Source of the DNA: an uncultured delta proteobacterium
Lineage (GTDB): Bacteria > Myxococcota_A > Polyangia > Polyangiales > Polyangiaceae
Assembly (NCBI GenBank): GCA_963782055.1
Contig: CAWAIF010000003.1
Location: forward strand, 3,424,001 to 3,488,000
Reading direction: 5' to 3'
Length of the DNA: 64,000 nt
Part shown: piece after piece, positions 1 to 7,064 of the stretch
How the letters are laid out: every line of letters starts with the position of its first letter
Position numbering within the stretch: the stretch's first letter is position 1
Translations under genes and position numbers: made by a program
Notes under the pieces: model-generated
The model's input: only the letters and a program-made list of their open reading frames with translations
Database searches by the model: none
Told to the model about the DNA's origin: nothing

Positions 1-61
1 CCCTATGACTGTTGAAGGGGGGTCATGGTCACCAGGGCGGGCCACGGCGGCGCAGTCGAAG

Positions 62-187
62 CGTGGGCGTGTGGGCAACGTGGGTACCCACGCCGTGTGC
101 CCACCCGTCCACGCCCCAAGCGTGGGCGTGGGCACGCAGGGGGGGTATGGGGGGGAGTTGCCCACGCCCACGCTCTTGCCCACGGGC
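62..187. repeat. Iteron-like GTGGGC/GCCCAC cluster, putative replication origin of the element
   Basis: GTGGGC at 63, 71, 122, 128 (GTGGGT at 80) and GCCCAC at 99, 160, 166, 178, in both orientations, directly downstream of the primase-helicase stop. Confidence 0.6.
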
Positions 188-191
188 AGGG

Positions 192-2288
192 TCAGAGACA
201 CCTTGTCACCTCGTCGGGCAGGCGCGTCCGGTCGATGGTCAACGCCGTGCTGCCCTTGTGCTTGGCCTGGAGCAGCGCCGGGCCGAGGCAGGCCACCGCC
301 GGTGCCCACCGCCGAGAGTTGTCCGCCACGGTGGCGAGCCGCGCCTCCCGGACGCTGCAGCCGTCGTGAGCCAGGACGTACGCGGCGACGGCGCCGGCGT
401 CGGCGGTGATCTTCGCGACCTTCGCCTGATCCTTCCGGGCCGCCTTCTCCTCGCGTTCGGCGGCGCGCCGGTCCTGCGCCTCGGCCCACGCCGACACGAT
501 GCGACCGCCGCGGTCCTCCGGCTCCCGGTAGGAGAAACCGGTGAAGCGCAAGGGCGACCAGGACGCGCCGGTCGCGCGGCCCTTCGCGGTCGCGAAGATG
601 ACGTCCACCCCCTGCCCTTCGACGAAGGTCTCCGACACCTTGAGCAGCATCGAAACGCTGTCCGCGCTGAACTCGATCTCGCCGGATTCCTTGGCCGTGC
701 CGACCAGCACGTCCGGGTTGCGCAGGCGGCGGCGGATCGGCGCGCCGTGCTCGTCGGCGTCGAAGTCGAGCCCGGCCGAGGTGATCAGCCTGTCGGTGTC
801 GTACTGCGCACGCCCGATGCTGGAGACGACCAGCACCACCGCGCCGAGGCGCACCGCGACGTCACGGGCGAAGTACGCGGCCCGCCCGATACGCTCCCGC
901 AGGTCGAGCGCCCGACCGTCGCGGGTCTCCTCCCCGATGATCTGCAAGAAGTCGAGCACGACCAGGAACGGACGCGAGCCAGGCCCTTTTGCCTCCGGGT
1001 ACTTCGCGCGCATCGCCTCGGCCACGCGGCCGAGCTCCGACACGGGCCACCCCTGCGGCCTGGAGAAAACGAAGTGCAGCGGGAGCCCTTCGAGGCGAGG
1101 CGCGACGGCGCGGATGCTCTCCAGGTACTTCGGCCCGGCCTGCCCGGTGTAGACCTTCGACCAGGGCACGCGGGCTTCCTCCCCGAGCAGCCGTAGGGCG
1201 ACCTGGAGCTCCTCCAGCTCCAGGGTGATGTACGCGGCGGGGAAGCCTGCGCGCGCCCCGTGTAGCGCGACCTGGAGCCCGAGCGCGGTCTTTCCAAGAC
1301 CGGTCCCGGCGTTCAGGAAGTGCACGCCCGACCAGAGTCCGCCGCCGAAGTGCGGGAGCAGGCTCGGCCACGGGAGTGGGATCGGCTTCTCGTCGCCGTT
1401 GGCCCGGCGTTCCGCGCGGACCAGCGCGTCCGGGATGATCTCCTCCAGCGTGACCAGCGCCGGCGGCGGTGCCTCGTCCAGGTACGCGCGCCCGGTCGGG
1501 GGGTGCGGCTCGCACTCGTCGGTCTCGCCCTCCAGCCCGACGAGCTGCTCGAGCGTGCCGCCGGCGGCGAGCAGGTCGGAGACGTCCTTGTGTGGCGAGG
1601 GGCACTCGAGCACCGACACCGAAAGGGCCGCGCCATCGAGCGAGGCGGCCACCTGGCGCGCATGGTCGCGCCCCGGCGTGTCGGCGTCGGCGATGATGAT
1701 GACGGCGCGTCCTGCGAGCACCTGGCGAGCGTGTGTGGCAACGAAGCGCCATTTGCCCGCGCCCATGGCGGCAGTCGTCGCGGTGTAGCCCTTGGCGGCG
1801 AGCGCGTCGGCGTCCTTCTCGCCTTCGACGATGTACACCGGCCGGTCGCCGTCATCCTCGAGCAGCTCGGGAAGGCGGTAGAGCACGCGCTCCACGTCGC
1901 CCAGCGAATGGATCCAACCCCCGGCGCCGTCCGGCTTGCGCTGGCGGAAGTCCTTCGGCTCGTAGCGCACGGCCTGGTAGAGCAACTCGCCGGCCGCGTT
2001 GCGGTAGTCGTACGTCTTGACAATCTGCCGAATCTGCGAAACCCGAGCGGCACCATGCGACGTGCCGCACTTGCAGCTCCCGTGCATCCGATGGGCGTAG
2101 GTCGGCGGCGTCGCGTTGCTCGCGTCGAGGCTGCCCGCGTGCTCGTCGCTTGTACAATGCACGTAGTCACCATCGGCCGACGTGAAGCCGGCGCAGCGCT
2201 TGCCCTTTCCGCGCGGGTCGCCTTCGGCGCCGTCGCAGATCGGGCAACGGTTCGTCTTCGTGTGCCGCAGCCTTGCCGGAACGCTCAT
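192..2288 (-). CDS. Primase-helicase: N-terminal Cys-rich Zn-binding region, TOPRIM domain, DnaB/SF4 helicase
   Basis: CPIC motif; TOPRIM IVEGEKD and DAD; Walker A AGTGLGKT; Walker B VVLDFLQ; KESGEIEFSAD resembles DnaB RESGSIEQDAD. Start MSVPARL overlaps the upstream stop (ATGA). Confidence 0.85.
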   Translation of the reverse strand: MSVPARLRHTKTNRCPICDGAEGDPRGKGKRCAGFTSADGDYVHCTSDEHAGSLDASNATPPTYAHRMHGSCKCGTSHGAARVSQIRQIVKTYDYRNAAGELLYQAVRYEPKDFRQRKPDGAGGWIHSLGDVERVLYRLPELLEDDGDRPVYIVEGEKDADALAAKGYTATTAAMGAGKWRFVATHARQVLAGRAVIIIADADTPGRDHARQVAASLDGAALSVSVLECPSPHKDVSDLLAAGGTLEQLVGLEGETDECEPHPPTGRAYLDEAPPPALVTLEEIIPDALVRAERRANGDEKPIPLPWPSLLPHFGGGLWSGVHFLNAGTGLGKTALGLQVALHGARAGFPAAYITLELEELQVALRLLGEEARVPWSKVYTGQAGPKYLESIRAVAPRLEGLPLHFVFSRPQGWPVSELGRVAEAMRAKYPEAKGPGSRPFLVVLDFLQIIGEETRDGRALDLRERIGRAAYFARDVAVRLGAVVLVVSSIGRAQYDTDRLITSAGLDFDADEHGAPIRRRLRNPDVLVGTAKESGEIEFSADSVSMLLKVSETFVEGQGVDVIFATAKGRATGASWSPLRFTGFSYREPEDRGGRIVSAWAEAQDRRAAEREEKAARKDQAKVAKITADAGAVAAYVLAHDGCSVREARLATVADNSRRWAPAVACLGPALLQAKHKGSTALTIDRTRLPDEVTRCL

Positions 2289-2473
2289 GCGGCCCCCGCG
2301 CACGGCACGCACAGCACGACGACGGGCCGGTCCTCGGCGTCGACCACAAGCGCCCGGTGCGCAGGGCACAGGCGCTCGCCGCAGGCGGCGCACCGGCCAC
2401 CCTGCAGTAGCGCCAGGCGGGCCACGGGCGCGCGGAGAGAGGCAGCATGGGCACGGCGGGCGGCGCGGTTCAT
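2285..2473 (-). CDS. Small Zn-finger protein (CxxC...CxxC)
   Basis: LQGGRCAACG...VLCVPC; ATGA overlaps at both ends. Confidence 0.6.
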   Translation of the reverse strand: MNRAARRAHAASLRAPVARLALLQGGRCAACGERLCPAHRALVVDAEDRPVVVLCVPCAGAA

Positions 2474-2808
2474 CGGCTCGCCCCCAGGCGGCGGAGGGCG
2501 CGCTCTACGTCGGCCTCGCCCTCCACGGGCGCCACCACCCGCGGGCCGCGGGCGCGGAGCCACGCGTCGACGGAGGCGCGTGGGGCGAGCCACCGGCGGC
2601 CGACGCGGACCGCGCCGCCGATCTCCCCTCGCCGGCAAAGGCTGTAGAGTACACGTTTCGACGCGGGCACCTCTCGCGCCACGTCGACGAGCTCGTCGCG
2701 CGGGGACAGGAGGGCGGCGACGCGCGGAGCGAGGGCGGCGGCGAGCGCGTCGAGTGCGACGGCGGCCGGGTCGGACGCGGGCGGCGGAGGAGCGGCGCGG
2801 AGGCTCAT
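2470..2808 (-). CDS. Excisionase-like/HTH_17 DNA-binding protein
   Basis: SKRVLYSLCRRGEIGGAVRVGRRWLAPRASVDAWL is a typical Xis-like winged HTH; ATGA overlaps. Confidence 0.7.
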   Translation of the reverse strand: MSLRAAPPPPASDPAAVALDALAAALAPRVAALLSPRDELVDVAREVPASKRVLYSLCRRGEIGGAVRVGRRWLAPRASVDAWLRARGPRVVAPVEGEADVERALRRLGASR

Positions 2809-3026
2809 CTCGCCCTCGCGAGGTGGATCACCTGCGCCCCCGGTCGGCGCGCGATGGCGGCGGCCGCCGTCTCGATCCAGTAGCGGGTCGTCGGTCGCGC
2901 GTCCCCGGTGAGGTAGGAGCGCAGCGTGGACGGGACGACGGCGAGCTCGCGGGCGGCGGCGGCGGTGCCCAGGCGCCGGGCGAGCTGCACGACGTCGCGG
3001 GCGGGCTCGTAGGTGGTGGCATGCAT
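2805..3026 (-). CDS. Small Cro/XRE-like HTH protein
   Basis: TAAAARELAVVPSTLRSYLTGDARP; first gene of the coupled operon. Confidence 0.65.
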   Translation of the reverse strand: MHATTYEPARDVVQLARRLGTAAAARELAVVPSTLRSYLTGDARPTTRYWIETAAAAIARRPGAQVIHLARAR

Positions 3027-3028
3027 CG

Positions 3029-3049
3029 ACGCGGAGCATGCATCCGCGT
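3029..3049. promoter_or_regulatory. Inverted repeat, candidate operator upstream of the Cro-like gene
   Basis: ACGCGGA-gcatgca-TCCGCGT, 3 nt from the start codon at 3026. Confidence 0.4.
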
Positions 3050-3060
3050 ACCCACGTAGG

Positions 3061-3089
3061 GGGGGCGTCCGCGGAGGACGCCCCCTTTT
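3061..3089. terminator. Strong hairpin between element ORFs
   Basis: GGGGGCGTCC-gcgga-GGACGCCCCC followed by TTTT on the + strand. Confidence 0.5.
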
Positions 3090-3753
3090 ACTCGGCGTTT
3101 TTGCGCATCTTCTGGACGCGCCGCTTCGCGTCTTCCGCCTTCACCACGACGCCAATCTCCCTGCAGACTTGCTCGAGCACGTTCCACTTGCTCAGTCCGG
3201 GGCCGGGGACGAAGGACTCCACCAGCGCGTCAGCCGACTTCAAGGTGAGCTTCTCCGCGTGCTCCGGGTAGTGCTCCGCGAACTCCAGGCGCAGGATCCG
3301 CCCGAAGGATCCGAGTTGCTGCGCAGCGCTCAAGAGGGCGGCCGCTCCCTCGCTCGGATGGTCGCTGCACTTCGCCTCGGCGGCCAGGGCTAGCGCGTGC
3401 TCCGCACACACGGCGAGCCGCGCGGCGATCGCGGTGGGGCTGTCGCCGGCCTCGGTGAACAATCGGTTCGCGGCCGCTACGACTTCGAGGGCCTCCTCCG
3501 CGTAGTCCTCGCCGCGCTCGCCCAGCGCCCGGCGGACGTAGGCGATCCTCGCCTCCAGCATGTCGAGTTGCTCCCTCGCCAGCGATGCGGTGCGGCCCCT
3601 GCTCCTCTCGTAGTTCTGCACGCGTTCCACCAGGCGCGCAGCGCGAGCCGGCGGCGGCGCGCGCGCGATCTCGTCCCGGAGCCGCTGCGCTGTCTGCTCG
3701 CGCGGTGCCCCTGTCGCGTTGCCGACATCCGCCTTCTTCGCTACTCTTCGCAT
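3088..3753 (-). CDS. Hypothetical helical protein of the element
   Basis: 221-aa ORF with protein-like composition; no motif recognised. Confidence 0.6.
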   Translation of the reverse strand: MRRVAKKADVGNATGAPREQTAQRLRDEIARAPPPARAARLVERVQNYERSRGRTASLAREQLDMLEARIAYVRRALGERGEDYAEEALEVVAAANRLFTEAGDSPTAIAARLAVCAEHALALAAEAKCSDHPSEGAAALLSAAQQLGSFGRILRLEFAEHYPEHAEKLTLKSADALVESFVPGPGLSKWNVLEQVCREIGVVVKAEDAKRRVQKMRKNAE

Positions 3754-3820
3754 GTCGAACCTCGTCCGTTCGTCCTGCGCCAGGGGGCTTGCCGGCCCGC
3801 CTGGCGCTTCCTTTTGGAGC

Positions 3821-4042
3821 CTACGTCTTCCGTCGCGCGTCAGCCAACACGGCCACCGTGGCCCGCTTCGTGCTCCGCCGCACTTCGATCAAGGCGAGGG
3901 CGCGCGCGTCGTCGCCCTCGTCCAGGGCGAGCTTGATCGCCACCACGAGGGCGTCGTCTGCCGTGCCAATGGCGTGCCAATGGGGGTCCCGAGGCGTCCC
4001 CACCGTCCCGACGGTAGGCGAAAAAGCCCGAGTAAACGGCAC
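3821..4042 (-). CDS. Possible small hypothetical protein next to att (start uncertain)
   Basis: C-terminal half ADDALVVAIKLALDEGDDARALALIEV is amphipathic; N-terminal half overlaps the direct repeats. Confidence 0.3.
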   Translation of the reverse strand: MPFTRAFSPTVGTVGTPRDPHWHAIGTADDALVVAIKLALDEGDDARALALIEVRRSTKRATVAVLADARRKT

Positions 4043-4073
4043 TTCGGCACCTGCCGGTACACCCTCACTTCGG

Positions 4074-4118
4074 CTTTTAATCCGTAGGTCGCGGGTTCGA
4101 GTCCCGCTCGGCCCACCA
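4074..4118 (+). tRNA. 3' half of tRNA-Lys(TTT), att-site duplication, not a complete tRNA
   Basis: CTTTTAA anticodon loop, TCCGT, AGGTC, T-arm GCGGG-TTCGAGT-CCCGC, acceptor TCGGCCC-A-CCA. No matching 5' acceptor strand or D-arm upstream. Confidence 0.85.
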
Positions 4119-4123
4119 CGCGC

Positions 4124-4747
4124 TCACTTGAACCCGGTCAAGTGCACGACGTACCACTCGCCGCGCCAGGAGATCATCGAGCTGACCCCCAGCACGCGCG
4201 GGCGGCCGTCCACCTCGTAGCGCAGGCGCGTGCCGTAGACGCGCCAGTAGCCGAGCTTGTTGCCCTCCTCGCCGGGGTCCACCCACCGCGCCAGATCGGG
4301 CACGTCGATGCCCACCAGCTTCGCCTCGGTGGCGTCGCGCCCGAGCTTGGCGTGCGCGGCGTGGATGTCGCGCGCGAAGTTGGCGACGAGGCGGTGCTTC
4401 CAGTCGGAGTCGGGGTAGGGGATGGCCTTGACCTGCTCGTACGCCGTCTTCGGGAAGAAGAACGCCATCGCGCGCGCGGGGTCGTCGTTGACGACGCCCT
4501 CCCAGAGCGCCTCGACGCGCGCGTGGAACGCCGGCGCGGCGGCGGACGGGCGCTCGCGCGTCTGCGGCAACACCCCCGGATCCACGTCCGGCGCCGCGTC
4601 GTGCGCGGCGTCCGCGACGCCCGCCTCCCGGACCGCCGGCGGGGGCATCGGTGACACGGAGTCGGCCCCCGCCTGGCCGTGCCAGGTGGGTGGGTCCCCG
4701 CGGGAGCAACCCACGAGAATCACGGCGAGAAAGAAATGGAAACGCAT
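4124..4747 (-). CDS. Hypothetical lipoprotein
   Basis: MRFHFFLAVILVGC lipobox, low-complexity linker, globular C-terminal domain. Confidence 0.75.
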   Translation of the reverse strand: MRFHFFLAVILVGCSRGDPPTWHGQAGADSVSPMPPPAVREAGVADAAHDAAPDVDPGVLPQTRERPSAAAPAFHARVEALWEGVVNDDPARAMAFFFPKTAYEQVKAIPYPDSDWKHRLVANFARDIHAAHAKLGRDATEAKLVGIDVPDLARWVDPGEEGNKLGYWRVYGTRLRYEVDGRPRVLGVSSMISWRGEWYVVHLTGFK

Positions 4748-4837
4748 AGACCGCGGGGTGCCCCGTCCAACTGTAAGAGTCGTTGACGTTGGGCGTTTGG
4801 ACCGATAGCACTTCCAAGCGCCCTGGAGGACTTCCCC

Positions 4838-5293
4838 ATGAAGAGGCTCTTTTCGACGGTCGTTGTGGCGATGGTGGTGGTCGGCGTCACGGCGACGGCC
4901 TGCAAGCACGAGGATGACACCGCGGCGGCGGCCACGCCGAGCGCCAGCGCGAGCGCGTACCCCGGGTACCCGCCGCCGCAGCAGGGCTACCCGCCGCAGC
5001 AGGGGCAGTACCCGCAGCAGGGCTACCCGCCGCCCCAGCAGGGCTACCCGCCGCAGCAGGGTACGGTGGCGCCCCCGCCCACCGCCACCGCCCCCGCGCC
5101 CTCCGCGACGATGGCCGTCCCCAACCAGATGGCCTTCCCGTGCTCCAGCGACGCCAACTGTGGCCTCGCGCACTGCAACACCCAGTACGGCAAGTGCGCG
5201 TTCCCCTGCGTCAACTCCGACGTGGACTGCATCTCCGGCGCGCAGTGCAACACCGCGACCGGCCTCTGCGTCCCGAAGGTCGGCGGCCAGTAG
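4838..5293 (+). CDS. Lipoprotein with GYPPQQ repeats and a Cys-rich C-terminus
   Basis: Signal peptide ending ATAC; repeated QGYPPQQ; 8 Cys in the C-terminal module. Confidence 0.8.
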   Translation: MKRLFSTVVVAMVVVGVTATACKHEDDTAAAATPSASASAYPGYPPPQQGYPPQQGQYPQQGYPPPQQGYPPQQGTVAPPPTATAPAPSATMAVPNQMAFPCSSDANCGLAHCNTQYGKCAFPCVNSDVDCISGAQCNTATGLCVPKVGGQ

Positions 5294-5297
5294 ACGG

Positions 5298-5337
5298 CCT
5301 CACCCCCGGCCCCCTCTCCCCGCGAGGGAGAGGGGAG
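5298..5337. repeat. REP-like palindrome between convergent genes
   Basis: CCTCACCCCCGG-CCCCTCTCCC-cgcga-GGGAGAGGGG, resembling CCTCACCC-type REP elements of GC-rich bacteria. Confidence 0.55.
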
Positions 5338-5350
5338 AAGCGCGGAGGGG

Positions 5351-6928
5351 CTAGTAGCTGGTGATGAAGGAGTCCATCTTCGGGTTGGCTGGCCACACCA
5401 GCTGGCGGACGGAGCGGTCGACGCACGCCGCCATCCCGGAGTTGGGCGGCGTGGTGTAGACGCTCACGCCCACCGCGCGGCCCATCTTGATCGCCACCTT
5501 CACGGTGACGTGCATGCTGTCGGGCACGCCGCACGAGTTGAGGAAGCCGCCGTTCTTCATCGGGCCGGCGAGCTGCGTGTCGGTGAGATCCGGGCCGCCC
5601 TGCGGGCCGCCGATGTTGATCTCCTGGTTGTTCTTGGAGAGCGCCGCCTCGTAGCTCAGGCCCCCGGGGAAGCCGCCCCCGCCGCCGTGGCCGCCGCCCG
5701 CGTGGTGCCGCTTCTGGCCCTTGATGCTGCCCGCCGGATCCAGGGCGAGGGCGTTGTTGTCGTCGGCGATCTTGATCTTGTCGTTGCGCGCGCCCACCGC
5801 CTTGAAGATGAAGACGCCCACCACCGCCACCAGGGCGACGACGATGGCGATGCCGATCGTCGACTTGGCGACGCCGGCCGTCTTTTCCTCCTGGGCGACC
5901 CGCGCCACTTCCTTCTTCTCGGCGACAATCTCGCGCTTGAGCGCGGCCTGCTCGGCGAAGGGGGCGAACTCCTCCCAGTCCTTGATGGGGTGCGACTGGC
6001 CGGAGATCTCGTCCCGCAGGCCGTGGTCGAGCGTGAACGTGTTGGAGGTGATCTGCTGGAGCAGCTCCACGGCGGTGAAGGGGCCGTGGTCCATCTTGTC
6101 CTTGCTCACGACGTAGCGAGGGCGCGGGTCGCTCTCCAGGCGCTCCTTCAGCACGCCGAGGCGCTGGGTCGGATCGTTGTTGGACTTGGGCTGCGGCGCC
6201 GACGGGCGGACGTTGCCGAAGGGGTCGGAGGTGTCGATGTTGGGCAGGCGCGCGGGCTGCGGGATGCCGGGCACCTCCGGCGCGGCGTCCAGCGCGGGCG
6301 CGGCCTCCGACGGGGGGAGCATGGAGAGGCGGATGTCGACGTCGAAGCTCTCAGTGTGGTCCAGCCGGGAGGTGTCGACGTCCGGCGGCGGGATGCTCTT
6401 CATCGGCGCGACGTGGTGCATCGCGGAGGCGAGCGCGCCCAGATCGTCCGGGCGGTGGGCGGGATCGCCCACCAGGGCCTTCGCCAGCAGTCCCTCCATC
6501 GCGTCGGGGATGGTGGGGTCAATCTCCTTGGGGCGGCGCATGGCCGGGCCGATGTGCTCGCCGGTGACCAGCTCGTAGAGCAGGGCGCCCAGGGAGAAGA
6601 CGCTGGCGCGGGCGTCGCCCGGGGCGAGGGTCTGCTGGAGCTCGGGCGCCATGCACATGCGGTCGCGCGGGTTGGTCGGCACGAGCGCGAGCGCCGGCTC
6701 GAGGCGGGCCAGGCCGTCGGGTCCCGGGGCGATGGCCGAGGGATGGACGTAGTGCTTCTCCCCTCTGTCGTGCCGTACCTTGAGGTCGAGACACAGGGGG
6801 ACGATGATCGCGATGGCCTCATCGAGCGAGAAGCGACGTCCTTCGCCTTTGCGCTGATCGAGGAGGGTACGAAGGGTCACCGTGGGCGCTGCGCCGCGGG
6901 CGCTCGACGCCACAGTCGCTGCTGTCAT
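5351..6928 (-). CDS. Pseudokinase + GYF_2 + TM + AgmX/PglI (TonB-C-like) C-terminal domain protein
   Basis: Kinase C-lobe motifs CMAPE and SVFSLGALLYELVTG but no HRD/DFG; GYF_2-like HGPFTAVELLQQI; TM IGIAIVVALVAVVGVFIF; C-terminal VTVKVAIKMGRAVGV...ACVDRSVRQLVWP. Confidence 0.75.
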   Translation of the reverse strand: MTAATVASSARGAAPTVTLRTLLDQRKGEGRRFSLDEAIAIIVPLCLDLKVRHDRGEKHYVHPSAIAPGPDGLARLEPALALVPTNPRDRMCMAPELQQTLAPGDARASVFSLGALLYELVTGEHIGPAMRRPKEIDPTIPDAMEGLLAKALVGDPAHRPDDLGALASAMHHVAPMKSIPPPDVDTSRLDHTESFDVDIRLSMLPPSEAAPALDAAPEVPGIPQPARLPNIDTSDPFGNVRPSAPQPKSNNDPTQRLGVLKERLESDPRPRYVVSKDKMDHGPFTAVELLQQITSNTFTLDHGLRDEISGQSHPIKDWEEFAPFAEQAALKREIVAEKKEVARVAQEEKTAGVAKSTIGIAIVVALVAVVGVFIFKAVGARNDKIKIADDNNALALDPAGSIKGQKRHHAGGGHGGGGGFPGGLSYEAALSKNNQEINIGGPQGGPDLTDTQLAGPMKNGGFLNSCGVPDSMHVTVKVAIKMGRAVGVSVYTTPPNSGMAACVDRSVRQLVWPANPKMDSFITSY

Positions 6929-7035
6929 GGTAGCTGAGACTACGGCAGCCCGGGCGTTCCCTCAATGGCGACCGAGCGCTTTTCGGAGCGTTTCGCTCGG
7001 CGAAATCGGCTGCTCCTGCACGATTGCGCTCGTGC

Positions 7036-7060
7036 AAAAAAAAGGGGCGGCCTTCGGCCG
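7036..7060 (-). terminator. Possible intrinsic terminator after deaD
   Basis: On the minus strand CGGCC-GAA-GGCCG, then CCCC and T8, just after the stop. Confidence 0.45.
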
Positions 7061-7064
7061 GAGC

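Larger units (their letters stand above)
1..4118. mobile_element. Right end of an integrated phage-satellite/prophage-like element at tRNA-Lys; continues beyond the left window edge
   Basis: Bounded by a 3' tRNA fragment at 4074-4118. Contains coupled HTH, excisionase-like and primase-helicase genes reading away from the att site, plus iteron-like repeats. No integrase in the window. Confidence 0.8.

Noticed and set aside
4040..4118. Intact tRNA-Lys gene
   Set aside because: No 5' acceptor strand complementary to TCGGCCC and no D-arm; only the anticodon loop to CCA is present.
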